From Azolla caroliniana (taxonomy: Eukaryota; Plantae; Polypodiophyta), in assembly GCA_043228905.1 (NCBI GenBank), contig JBHGNT010000125.1:8953-72952 (forward strand): a stretch of DNA of 64,000 nt, given 5' to 3'. The notes beneath the pieces are model-generated. The model searched no databases. It was not told where the DNA came from and worked only from the letters and a program-made list of their open reading frames with translations. Numbering within the stretch: position 1 is the stretch's first letter; the number at the start of each line of letters is the position of its first letter. The translations under genes were made by a program, and so were the position numbers. Below, one piece after another: positions 42,901-56,900 of this stretch.

Positions 42901-45900
42901 GATTTTGTAATTCCATATCATAACTAGCGTTGTTAGCTTCGATTCGCATGTTTGAACACCAAAATCGGATATCACACGGGCCAGGTATGAACATTTTAAT
43001 TTTATCACGCGCTGTTCTCAACTCCCTCCTCAAATTTGGTAATTTCGTCATGTCTCCCGAACTGAGTTTCAAAATCTTGATTTTCTAATTCCATATAATA
43101 GGTAACGTTGTTAGCTTCGATTCGCATATTTGAACACAGAAATCCGATATCACACGACCCAGGTATGAACATTTAAATTTACGCACACGCACTTCTCAAC
43201 TCCCTCCTCAAATTTGGTAATTTCGTCATGTCTCTCGACCTGAGTGTCAAAATCTGGATTTTTTAATTCCATATCATAGCTAGCGTTGTTAGCTTCGATT
43301 CGAATGTTTGAACACAAAAATCCGATATCACACGGCCCAGGTATGAACATTTTCACTTACTCACGCGCTATTCTCAACTGTCGCTGGACCTGGGTTTCAA
43401 AATCTGGATTTTGTAATTCCATATCATAGCTAGCGTTGTTAGCTTCGATTCGTATGTTTGAACACTAAAATCCGATTTCGAATGGGCCAGGTATGAACAT
43501 TTTAATTTACTCACGCCTTCTTCTCAACTCCCGGCTCGAATTTACTAATTACTTTATGTGTCTCGACCTGAGTTTCAAAATCTTGATTTTTAAATTCCAT
43601 ATCATCGGTAACGTTGTTAGCTTCGATTCGAATGTTTGAACACAAAAATCCGATATCACACTGGCCAGGTATGAACATTTTAATTTTATCACGCGCTGTT
43701 CTCAACTCCCTCCTCAAATTTGGTAATTTCGTCATGTCTCTCGAACTGAGTTTCAAAATCTTGATTTTTTTATTCCATATCATACGTAACGTTGTTAGCT
43801 TCGATTCACATTTTTGAAAACCAAAATCCGATATCACACGGGCCAGGTATGAACATTTTAACTTACTCACGCGCTCTTCTCAACTCCCTCCTCTAATTTG
43901 GTAATTTCGTCATGTTTCTCGACCTGAGTTTCAAAATCTGGATTTTGTAATTCCATATCATAACTAGCGTTGTTAGCTTCGATTCGCATGTTTGAACACC
44001 AAAATCGGATATCACACGGGCCAGGTATGAACATTTTAATTTTATCACACGCTGTTCTCAACTCCCTCCTCAAATTTGGTAATTTCGTCATGTCTCCCGA
44101 ACTAAGTTTCAAAATCTTGATTTTTAAATTCCATATCATAGGTAACGTTGTTAGCTTCGATTCGCATGTTTGAACACGAAAATCCGATATCACACGAGCC
44201 AGGTATGAACATTTAAATTTACGCACGCGCTCTTCTCAACTCCCTCCTCAAATTTGGTAATTTCGTCATGTCTCTCGACCTGAGTGTCAAAATCTTGATT
44301 TTTTAATTCCATATCATAGCTAGCGTTGTTAGCTTCGATTCGCATGTTTGAACACAAAAATCGGATATCACACGGTCCAGGTATGAACATTTTAACTTAC
44401 TCACGCGCTCATTTCAACTCCCTCCTCAAATTTGATAATTTCGTCATGTCTCCCGAACTGAGTTTCAAAATCTTGATTTTCTAATTCCATATAATAGGTA
44501 ACGTTGTTAGCTTCGATTCGCATGTTTGAATACAAAAATCCGATATCACACGAGCCAAGTATGAACATTTAAATTTACTCACGCGCTATTCTCAACTCCC
44601 TCCTTAAATTTGGTAATTTCGTCATGTCTCTTGACCTGAGTGTCAAAATCTGGATTTTGTAATTCCATATCATAGCTAGCGTTGTTAGCTTCGATTCGCA
44701 TGTTTGAACACCAAAATCCGATATCGAATGGGCCAGGTATGAACATTTTAATTTACTCACGCCTTCTTCTCAACTCCCTCATCGAATTTACTAATTTCTT
44801 CATGTCTGTCGACCTGAGTTTTAAAATCTTGATTTTTAAATTCCATATCATAGGTAACGTTGTTAGCTTCGATTCGATTGTTTGAACACAAAAATCCGAT
44901 ATCACAAGGGCCAGGTATGAACATTTTAACATACTCACGCGCTCTATATTATAGGTAGCGTTGTTAGCTTCGATTCGAATGTTTGAACACAAAAATCCGA
45001 TATCACACGAGCCAGGAATGAACATTTTAACATACTGACGTGCGCTTCTCAACTCCCTCCTCAAATTTGGTAATTTTGTCATGTCTCTCGACCTGAGTTC
45101 CAAAATCTTAATTTTTTAATTCCATATCATCGGTAACGTCGTTAGATTCGATTCAAATGTTTGAACACAAAAATCGGATATCACACGGGCCAGGTATGAA
45201 CATTTTAACTTACTCACGCACTCTTCTCAATTCCCTCCTCAAATTTGGTAATTTCGTCATGTCGCTTGACCTGGGTTTCAAAATCTGGATTTTGTAATTC
45301 CATATCATAGCTAGCGTTGTTAGCTTCGATTCGTATGTTTGAACACTAAAATCCGATATCGAATGGGCCAGGTATGAACATTTTAATTTACTCACGCCTT
45401 CTTCTCAACTCCCGGCTCGAATTTACTAATTTCTTCATGTCTCTCGACCTAAGTTTCAAAATCTTGATTTTTAAATTCCATATCATAGGTAACGTAGTTA
45501 GCTTCGATTCGTATGTTTGAACACAAAAATCCGATATCACACGGGCCAGGTATGAACATTTTAACTTACTCACGCGCTCTTCTAAACTCCCTCCTCCAAT
45601 TTGGTAATTTCGTCATGTCTCTCGAACTGAGTTTCAAAATCTTGATTTTTTAATTCCATATCATAACTAGCGTTGTTAGCTTCGATTCGCATGTTTGAAC
45701 ACCAAAATCCGATATCACACGGGCCAAGTATGAACATTTTAACTTACGCACGCGCTCTTCTCAACTCCCTCCTCAAATTTGGTAATTTCGTCATGTTTCT
45801 TGAACTCAGTTTCAAAATCTTGATTTTTTAATTCCATATCATACGTAACGTTGTTAGCTTCGATTCACATGTTTGAACACAAAAATCCGATATCACACGG

Positions 45901-48900
45901 GCCAGGTATGAACATTTTAACTTACGCACGCGCTCTTCTCAACTCCCTCCTCAAATTTGGTAATTTCGTCATGTCTCTCGACCTGGGTTTCAAAATCTTG
46001 ATTTTGTAATTCCATAGCATAGGTAACGTTGTTATCTTCGATTCGAATGTTTGTCCACAAAAATCCGAGATCACACGGTCCAGGTATCAACATTTTAACT
46101 TACTCACGCGCTGTTCTCAACTCCCTCCTCAAATTTGGTAATTTCGTCATGTCTCTCGACCTGAGTGTCAAAATCTGGATTTTTTAATTCCATATCATAG
46201 CTAGCGTTGTTAGCTTCGATTCGAATGTTTGAACACAAAAATCCGATATCACACGGCCCAGGTATGAACATTTTCACTTACTCACGCGCTATTCTCAACT
46301 CCCTCCTGAAATTTGGTAATTTCGTCATGTCGCTTGACCTGGGTTTCAAAATCTGGATTTTGTAATTCCATATCATAGCTAGCGTTGTTAGCTTCGATTC
46401 GTATGTTTGAACACTAAAATCCGATTTCGAATGGGCCAGGTATGAACATTTTAATTTACTCACGCCTTCTTCTCAAGTCCCGGCTCGAATTTACTAATTT
46501 CTTCATGTCTCTCGACCTAAGTTTCAAAATCTTGATTTTTAAATTCCATATCATAGGTAACGTTGTTAGCTTCGATTCGTATGTTTGAACACAAAAATCT
46601 GATATCACACTGGCTAGGTATGAACATTTTAATTTACTCACGCGCTATTGTCAACTCCCTCCTCAAATTTCGTAATTTCGTCATGTTTCTCGACCTGAGT
46701 TTCAAAATCTGGATTTTGTAATTCCATATCATAACTAGCGTTGTTAGCTTCGATTCGCATGTTTGAACACCAAAATCGGATATCACACGGGCCAGGTAAG
46801 AACATTTTAATTTTATCACGCGCTGTTCTCAACTCCCTCCTCAAATTTGGTAATTTCGTCATGTCTATCGAACTGAGTTTCAAAATTTTGATTTTTTAAT
46901 TCCATATCATACGTAGCGTTGTTAGCTTCGATTCGCATGTTTGAACACAAAAATCTGATATCACACTGGCTAGGTATGAACATTTTAATTTACTCACGCG
47001 CTATTGTCAACTCCCTCCTCAAATTTCGTAATTTCGTCATGTTTCTCGACCTGAGTTTCAAAATCTGGATTTTGTAATTCCATATCATAACTAGCGTTGT
47101 TAGCTTCGATTCGCATGTTTGAACACCAAAATCCGATATCACACGGGCCAGGTATGAACATTTTAACTTACTCACGCGCTATTCTCAACTCCCTCCTCAA
47201 ATTTGGTAATTTTGTCATGTCTCCCGAACTGAGTTTCAAAATCTTGATTTTCTAATTCCATATAATAGGTAACGTTGTTAGCTTCGATTCGCATATTTGA
47301 ACACAAAAATCCGATATCACACGAGCCAGGTATGAACATTTAAATTTACGCACGCGCTCTTCTCAACTCCCTCCTCAAATTTGGTAATTTCGTCATGTCT
47401 CTCGACCTGAGTATCAAAATCTGGATTTTTTAATTCCATATCATAGGTAGCGTTGTTAGCTTCGATTCGAATGTTTGAACACAAAAATCCGATATCACAC
47501 GGCCCAGGTATGAACATTTTCACTTACTCACGCGCTATTCTCAACTCCCTGCTCAAATTTGGTAATTTCGTCATGTCTCTCGACCTGAATTTCAAAATTT
47601 GGATTTTGTAATTCCATATGATAGCTAGCGTTGTTAGCTTCGATTCGCATGTTTGAACACCAAAATCCGATATCGAATGGGCCAGGTATGAACATTTTAA
47701 TTTACTCACGCCTTCTTCTCAACTCCCTCCTCGAATTTACTAATTACTTCATGTCTCTCGACCTGAGTTCCAAAATCTTAATTTTTTAATTCCATATCAT
47801 CGGTAACGTCGTTAGATTCGATTCGAATGTTTGAACACAAAAATCGGATATCACAAGGGCCAGGTATGAACATTTTAACATACTCACGCGCTCTTCTCAA
47901 CTCCCTCCTCTAATTTGGTAATTTCGTCATGTCTCTCGAACTGAGTTTCAAAATCTTGATTTTCTAATTCCATATCATAAGTAACATTGTTAGCTTCGAT
48001 TCGAATGTTTGAACACAGAAATCGGATATCACACGGGCCAGGTATGAACATTTTAACTTACTTACGCGCTATTCTCAACTCCCTCCTCAAATTTGGTAAT
48101 TTCGTCATGTCTCTCGACCTGGGTTTCGAAATCTGGATTTTTTAATTCCATATCATAGGTAGCGTTGTTAGCTTCGATTCGCATGTTTGAACACAAAAAT
48201 CTGATATCACACTGGCTAGGTATGAACATTTTAATTTACTCACGCGCTATTGTCAACTCCCTCCTCAAATTTCGTAATTTCGTCATGTTTCTCGACCTGA
48301 GTTTCAAAATCTGGATTTTGTAATTCCATATCATAACTAGCGTTGTTAGCTTCGATTCGCATGTTTGAACACCAAAATCGGATATCACACGGGCCAGGTA
48401 TGAACATTTTAATTTTATCACGCGATGTTCTCAACTCCCTCCTCAAATTTGGTAATTTCGTCATGTCTCCCGAACTGAGTTTCAAAATCTTGATTTTCTA
48501 ATTCCATATAATAGGTAACGTTGTTAGCTTCGATTCGCATATTTGAACACAGAAATCCGATATCACACGAGCCAGGTATGAACATTTAAATTTACGCACA
48601 CGCACTTCTCAACTCCCTCCTCAAATTTGGTCATTTCGTCATGTCTCTCGACCTGAGTGTCAAAATCTGGATTTTTTAATTCCATATCATAGCTAGCGTT
48701 GTTAGCTTCGATTCGAATGTTTGAACACAAAAATCCGATATCACACGGCCCAGGTATGAACATTTTCACTTACTCACGCGCTATTCTCAACTCCCTGCTC
48801 AAATTTGGTAATTTCGTCATGTCTCTCGACCTGAATTTCAAAATTTGGATTTTGTAATTCAATATGATAGCTAGCGTTGTTAACTTCGATTCGCATGTTT

Positions 48901-50129
48901 GAACACCAAAATCCGATATCGAATGGGCCAGGTATGAACATTTTAATTTCCTCACGCCTTCTTCTCAACTCCCTCCTCGAATTTACTAATTACTTTATGT
49001 GTCTCGACCTGAGTTTCAAAATCTTGATTTTTTAATTCCATATCATCGGTAACGTCGTTAGATTCGATTCGAATGTTTGAACACAAAAATCCGATATCAC
49101 ACAGGCCAGGTATGAACATTTTAATTTTATCACGCGCTGTTCTCAACTCCCTCCTCAAATTTGGTAATTTCGTCATGTCTCTCGAACTGAGTTTCAAAAT
49201 CTTGATTTTTTATTCCATATCATACGTAACGTTGTTAGCTTCGATTCACATTTTTGAAAACCAAAATCCGATATCACACGGGCCAGGTATGAACATTTTA
49301 ACTTACTCACGCGCTCTTCTCAACTCCCTCCTCTAATTTGGTAATTTCGTCATGTTTCTCGACCTGAGTTTCAAAATCTGGATTTTGTAATTCCATATCA
49401 TAACTAGCGTTGTTAGCTTCGATTCGCATGTTTGAACACCAAAATCGGATATCACACGGGCCAGGTATGAACATTTTAATTTTATCACACGCTGTTCTCA
49501 ACTCCCTCCTCAAATTTGGTAATTTCGTCATGTCTCCCGAACTGAGTTTCAAAATCTTGATTTTCTAATTCCAGATAATAGGTAACGTTGTTAGCTTCGA
49601 TTCGCATATTTGAACACAGAAATCCGATATCACACGAGCCAGGTATGAACATTTAAATTTACGCACGCGCTCTTCTCAACTCCCTCCTCAAATTTGGTAA
49701 TTTCCTCATGTCTCTTGACCTGAGTGTCAAAATTTGGATTTTTTAATTCCATATCATAGCTAGCGTTGTTAGCTTCGATTCGAATGTTTGAACACAAAAA
49801 TCCGATATCACACGGCCCAGGTATGAACATTTTCACTTACTCACGCGCTATTCTCAACTCCCTGCTCAAATTTGGTAATTTCGTCATGTCTCTCGACCTG
49901 AATTTCAAAATTTGGATTTTGTAATTTCATATGATAGCTAGCGTTGTTAACTTCGATTCGCATGTTTGAACACCAAAATCCGATATCGAATGGGCCAAGT
50001 ATGAACATTTTAATTTACTCACGGCTTCTTCTCAACTCCCTCCTCGAATTTACTAATTTCTTCATGTCTCTCGACCTGAGTTACGCACAAAAATCCGATA
50101 TCACACGAGCCAGGTATGAACATTTAAAT
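21324..50129 (-). repeat. Near-identical 14.4-kb tandem duplication (about 21324-35728 and 35729-50129)
   Basis: Constant offsets between marker variants: 21858/36263 (14405), 23282/37684 (14402), 25399/39800, 29110/43511 and 35543/49944 (14401). All truncated monomers are duplicated. Confidence 0.93.
24360..35150 (-). repeat. 5410-bp (31-monomer) tandem block duplication nested inside the 14.4-kb unit; repeated at about 38761-49551, with a further partial copy at about 7599-12400
   Basis: Offsets 24379/29789, 25399/30809 and 26467/31877 are 5410 = 31x178-77-3-28. Offsets 8035/25399 and 11385/28749 are 17364. Boundaries are approximate. Confidence 0.88.
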
Positions 50130-50959
50130 TTACGCACGCGCTCTTCTCAACTCCCTCCTCAAATTTGGTAATTTCGTCATGTCTCTCGACCTGAGTATCA
50201 AAATCTGGATTTTTTAATTCCATATCATAGGTAGCGTTGTTAGCTTCGATTCGAATGTTTGAACACAAAAATCCGATATCACACGGCCCAGGTATGAACA
50301 TTTAAATTTACTCACGCGCTATTCTCAACTCCCTCCTCAAATTTGGTAATTTCGTCATGTTTCTCGACCTAAATTTCAAAATTTGGATTTTGTTATTCCA
50401 TATGATAGCTAGCGTTGTTAACTTCGATTCGCATGTTTGAACACCAAAATCCGATATCGAATGGGCCAGGTATGAACATTTTAATTTACTCACGCTTTCT
50501 TCTCAACTCCCTCATCGAATTTACTAATTTCTTCATGTCTCTCGACCTAAGTTTCAAAATCTTGATTTTTAAATTCCATATCATAGGTAACGTTGTTAGC
50601 TTCGATTCGTATGTTTCAACACAAAAATCTGATATCACACTGGCTAGGTATGAACATTTTAATTTACTCACGCGCTATTGTCAACTCCCTCCTCAAATTT
50701 CGTAATTTCGTCATGTTTCTCGACCTGAGTTTCAAAATCTGGATTTTGTAATTCCATATCATAACTAGCGTTGTTAGCTTCGATTCGCATGTTTGAACAC
50801 CAAAATCGGATATCACACGGGCCAGGTAAACATTTTAATTTTATCACGCGCTGTTCTCAACTCCCTCCTCAAATTTGGTAATTTCGTCATGTCTCTCGAC
50901 CTGAGTTTCAAAATCTTGATTTTTAAATTCCATATGATAGGTAACGTTGTTAGCTTCGA

Positions 50960-53900
50960 TTCGAATGTTTGAACACAAAAATCTGATATCACACTGGCTA
51001 GGTATGAACATTTTAATTTACTCACGCGCTATTGTCAACTCCCTCCTCAAATTTCGTAATTTCGTCATGTTTCTCGACCTGAGTTTCAAAATCTGGATTT
51101 TATAATTCCATATCATAACTAGCGTTGTTAGCTTCGATTCGCATGTTTGAACACCAAAATCGGATATCACACGGGCCAGGTATGAACATTTTAATTTTAT
51201 CACGCGCTGTTCTCAACTCCCTCCTCAAATTTGGTAATTTCGTCATGTCTCCCGAACTGAGTTTCAAAATCTTGATTTTCTAATTCCATATAATAGGTAA
51301 CGTTGTTAGCTTCGATTCCCATATTTGAACACAGAAATCCGATATCACACGAGCCAGGTATGAACATTTAAATTTACGCACGCGCTCTTCTCAACTCCCT
51401 CCTCAAATTTGGTAATTTCCTCATGTCTCTTGACCTGAGTGTCAAAATTTGGATTTTTTAATTCCATATCATAGCTAGCGTTGTTAGCTTCGATTCGAAT
51501 GTTTGAACACAAAAATCCGATATCACACGGCCCAGGTATGAACATTTTCACTTACTCACGGGCTATTCTCAACTCCCTGCTCAAATTTGGTAATTTCGTC
51601 ATGTCTCTCGACCTGAATTTCAAAATTTGGATTTTGTAATTTCATATGATAGCTAGCGTTGTTAACTTCGATTCGCATGTTTGAACACCAAAATCCGATA
51701 TCGAATGGGCCAAGTATGAACATTTTAATTTACTCACGGCTTCTTCTCAACTCCCTCCTCGAATTTACTAATTTCTTCATGTCTGTCGACCTGAGTTTTA
51801 AAATCTTGATTTTTAAATTCCATATCATAGGTAACGTTGTTAGCTTCGATTCGATTGTTTGAACACAAAAATCCGATATCACAAGGGCCAGGTATGAACA
51901 TTTTAACATACTCACGCGCTCTTCTCAACTCCCTCCTCTAATTTGGTAATTTCGTCATGTCTCTCGAACTGAGTTTCAAAATCTTGATTTTTTAATTCCA
52001 TATCATAGGTAGCGTTGTTAGCTTCGATTCGCAAGTTTGAACACAAAAATCCGATATCACACGGGCCAGGTATGAACATTTAAATTTACTCACGCGCTAT
52101 TCTCAACTCCCTCCTCAAATTTGGTAATTTCGTCATGTTTCTCGACCTGAATTTTCAAAATTTGGATTTTGTAATTCCATATGATAGCTAGCGTTGTTAA
52201 CTTCGATTCGCATGTTTGAACACCAAAATCCGATATCGAATGGGCCAGGTATGAACATTTTAATTTACTCACGCCTTCTTCTCAACTCCCTCATCGAATT
52301 TACTAATTTCTTCACGTCTGTCGACCTGAGTTTTAAAATCTTGATTTTTAAATTCCATATCATAGGTAACGTTGTTAGCTTCGATTCGAATGTTTGAACA
52401 CAAAAATCCGATATCACAAGGGCCAGGTATGAACCTTTTAACATACTCACGCGCTCTTCTCAACTCCCTCCTCTAATTTGGTAATTTCGTCATGTCTCTC
52501 GAACTGAGTTTCAAAATCTTGATTTTCTAATTCCATATCATAAGTAACATTGTTAGCTTCGATTCGAATGTTTGAACACAGAAATCGGATATCACACGGG
52601 CCAGGTATGACCATTTTAACTTACTTACGCGCTATTCTCAACTCCCTCCTCAAATTACGTAATTTCGTCATGTCTCTCGACCTGGGTTTTGAAATCTTGA
52701 TTTTTTAATTCCATATCATAGGTAGCGTTGTTAGCTTCGATTCGAATGTTTGAACACAAAAATCCGATATCACACGGCCCAGGTATGAACATTTTCACTT
52801 ACTCACGCGCTATTCTCAACTCCCTGCTCAAATTTGGTAATTTCGTCATGTCTCTCGACCTGAATTTCAAAATTTGGATTTTGTAATTTCATATGATAGC
52901 TAGCGTTGTTAACTTCGATTCGCATGTTTGAACACCAAAATCCGATATCGAATGGGCCAGGTATGAACATTTTAATTTACTCACGGTTCTTCTCAACTCC
53001 CTCCTCGAATTTACTAATTTCTTCATGTCTCTCGACCTAAGTTTTAAAATCTTGATTTTTAAATTCCATATAATAGGTAACGTTGTTAGCTTCGATTCGA
53101 ATGTTTGAACACAGAAATCGGATATCACACGGGCCAGGTATGACCATTTTAACTTACTTACGCGCTCTTCTCAACTCCCTCCTCAAATTTGGTAATTTCG
53201 TAATGTCTCTCGACCTGGGTTTTGAAATCTTGATTTTTTAATTCCATATCATAGGTAGCGTTGTTAGCTTCGATTCGCATGTTTGAATACGAAAATCCGA
53301 TATCACACGAGCCAGGTATGAACATTTAAATTTACTCACGCGCTATTCTCAACTCCCTCCTTAAATTTGGTAATTTCGTCATGTCTCTTGACCTGAGTGT
53401 CAAAATCTGGATTTTGTAATTCCATATCATAGCTAGCGTTGTTAGCTTCGATTCGCATGTTTGAACACCAAAATCCGATATCGAATGGGCCAGGTATGAA
53501 CATTTTAATTTACTCACGCCTTCTTCTCAACTCCCTCCTCGAATTTACTAATTTCTTCACGTCTGTCGACCTGAGTTTTAAAATCTTGATTTTTTAATTC
53601 CATATCATAGGTAACGTTGTTAGCTTCGATTCGAATGTTTGAACACAAAAATCGGATATCACAAGGGCCAGGTATGAACATTTTAACATACTCACGCGCT
53701 CTTCTCAACTCCCTCCTCTAATTTGGTAATTTCGTCATGTCTCTCGAACTGAGTTTCAAAATCTTGATTTTCTAATTCCATATCATAAGTAACATTGTTA
53801 GCTTCGATTCGAATGTTTGAACACAGAAATCGGATATCACACGGGCCAGGTATGAACATTTTAACTTACTTACGCGCTATTCTCAACTCCCTCCTCAAAT

Positions 53901-56900
53901 TTGGTAATTTCGTCATGTCTCTCGACCTGGGTTTTGAAATCTGGATTTTTTAATTCCATATCATAGGTAGCGTTGTTAGCTTCGATTCGCATGTTTGAAC
54001 ACAAAAATCTGATATCACACTGGCTAGGTATGAACATTTTAATTTACTCACGCGCTATTGTCAACTCCCTCCTCAAATTTCGTAATTTCGTCATGTTTCT
54101 CGACCTGAGTTTCAAAATCTGGATTTTGTAATTCCATATCATAACTAGCGTTGTTAGCTTCGATTCGCATGTTTGAACACCAAAATCGGATATCACACGG
54201 GCCAGGTATGAACATTTTAATTTTATCACGCGCTGTTCTCAACTCCCTCCTCAAATTTGGTAATTTCGTCATGTCTCCCGAACTGAGTTTCAAAATCTTG
54301 ATTTTCTAATTCCATATAATAGGTAACGTTGTTAGCTTCGATTCGCATATTTGAACACAGAAATCCGATATCACACGAGCCAGGTATGAACATTTAAATT
54401 TACGCACGCGCTCTTCTCAACTCCCTCCTCAAATTTGGTAATTTCCTCATGTCTCTCGACCTGAGTGTCATAATCTGGATTTTTTAATTCCATATCATAG
54501 CTAGCGTTGTTAGCTTCGATTCGAATGTTTGAACACAAAAATCCGATATCACACAGCCCAGGTATGAACATTTTCACTTACTCACGCGCTATTCTCAACT
54601 CCCTGCTCAAATTTGGTAATTTCGTCATGTCTCTCGACCTGAATTTCAAAATTTGGATTTTGTAATTCGATATGATAGCTAGCGTTGTTAACTTCGATTC
54701 GCATGTTTGAACACCAAAATCCGATATCGAATGGGCCAGGTATGAACATTTTAATTTACTCACGGCTTCTTCTCAACTCCCTCATCGAATTTACTAATTT
54801 CTTCACGTCTGTCGACCTGAGTTTTAAAATCTTGATTTTTACATTCCATATCATAGGTAACGTTGTTAGCTTCGATTCGAATGTTTGAACACAAAAATCC
54901 GATATCACAAGGGCCAGGTATGAACATTTTAACATACTCACGCGCTCTTCTCAACTCCCTCCTCTAATTTGGTAATTTCGTCATGTCTCTCGACCTGGGT
55001 TTCGAAATCTGGATTTTTTAATTCCATATCATAGCTAGCGTTGTTAGCTTCGATTCGCATGTTTGAACACCAAAATCCGATATCGAATGGGCCAGGTATG
55101 AACATTTTAATTTACTCACGCCTTCTTCTCAACTCCCTCCTCGAATTTACTAATTTCTTCACGTCTGTCGACCTGAGTTTTAAAATCTTGATTTTTTAAT
55201 TCCATATCATAGGTAACGTTGTTAGCTTCGATTTGAATGTTTGAACACAAAAATCGGATATCACAAGGGCCAGGTATGAACATTTTAACATACTCACGCG
55301 CTCTTCTCAACTCCCTCCTCTAATTTGGTAATTTCGTCATGTCTCTCGAACTGAGTTTCAAAATCTTGATTTTCTAATTCCATATCATAAGTAACATTGT
55401 TAGCTTCGATTCGAATGTTTGAACACAGAAATCGGATATCACACGGGCCAGGTATGAACATTTTAACTTACTTACGCGCTATTCTCAACTCCCTCCTCAA
55501 ATTTGGTAATTTCGTCATGTCTCTCGACCTGGGTTTCGAAATCTGTATTTTTTAATTCCATATCATAGGTAGCGTTGTTAGCTTCGATTCGCATGTTTGA
55601 ACACAAAAATCTGATATCACACTGGCTAGGTATGAACATTTTAATTTACTCACGCGCTATTGTCAACTCCCTCCTCAAATTTCGTAATTTCGTCATGTTT
55701 CTCGACATGAGTTTCAAAATCTGGATTTTATAATTCCATATCATAACTAGCGTTGTTAGCTTCGATTCGCATGTTTGAACACCAAAATCGGATATCACAC
55801 GGGCCAGGTATGAACATTTTAATTTTATCACGCGCTGTTCTCAACTCCCTCCTCAAATTTGGTAATTTCGTCATGTCTCCCGAACTGAGTTTCAAAATCT
55901 TGATTTTCTAATTCCATATAATAGGTAACGTTGTTAGCTTCGATTCGCATATTTGAACACAGAAATCCGATATCACACGAGCCAGGTATGAACATTTAAA
56001 TTTACGCACGCGCTCTTCTCAACTCCCTCCTCAAATTTGGTAATTTCCTCATGTCTCTTGACCTGAGTGTCAAAATTTGGATTTTTTAATTCCATATCAT
56101 AGCTAGCGTTGTTAGCTTCGATTCGAATGTTTGAACACAAAAATCCGATATCACACGGCCCAGGTATGAACATTTTCACTTACTCACGCGCTATTCTCAA
56201 CTCCCTGCTCAAATTTGGTAATTTCGTCATGTCTCTCGACCTGAATTTCAAAATTTGGATTTTGTAATTTCATATGATAGCTAGCGTTGTTAATTTCGAT
56301 TCGCATGTTTGAACACCAAAATCCGATATCGAATGGGCCAGGTATGAACATTTTAATTTACTCACGGCTTCTTCTCAACTCCCTCCTCGAATTTACTAAT
56401 TTCTTCATGTCTCTCGACCTGAGTTTTAAAATCTTGATTTTTAAATTCCATATCATAGGTAACGTTGTTAGCTTCGATTCGAATGTTTGAACACAAAAAT
56501 CCGATATCACAAGGGCCAGGTATGAACATTTTAACATACTCACGCGCTCTTCTCAACTCCCTCCTCTAATTTGGTAATTTCGTCATGTCTCTCGAACTGA
56601 GTTTCAAAATCTTGATTTTTTAATTCCATATCATAGGTAGCGTTGTTAGCTTCGATTCGCAAGTTTGAACACAAAAATCCGATATCACACGGGCCAGGTA
56701 TGAACATTTAAATTTACTCACGCGCTATTCTCAACTCCCTCCTCAAATTTGGTAATTTCGTCATGTTTCTCGACCTGAATTTTCAAAATTTGGATTTTGT
56801 AATTCCATATGATAGCTAGCGTTGTTAACTTCGATTCGCATGTTTGAACACCAAAATCCGATATCGAATGGGCCAGGTATGAACATTTTAATTTACTCAC

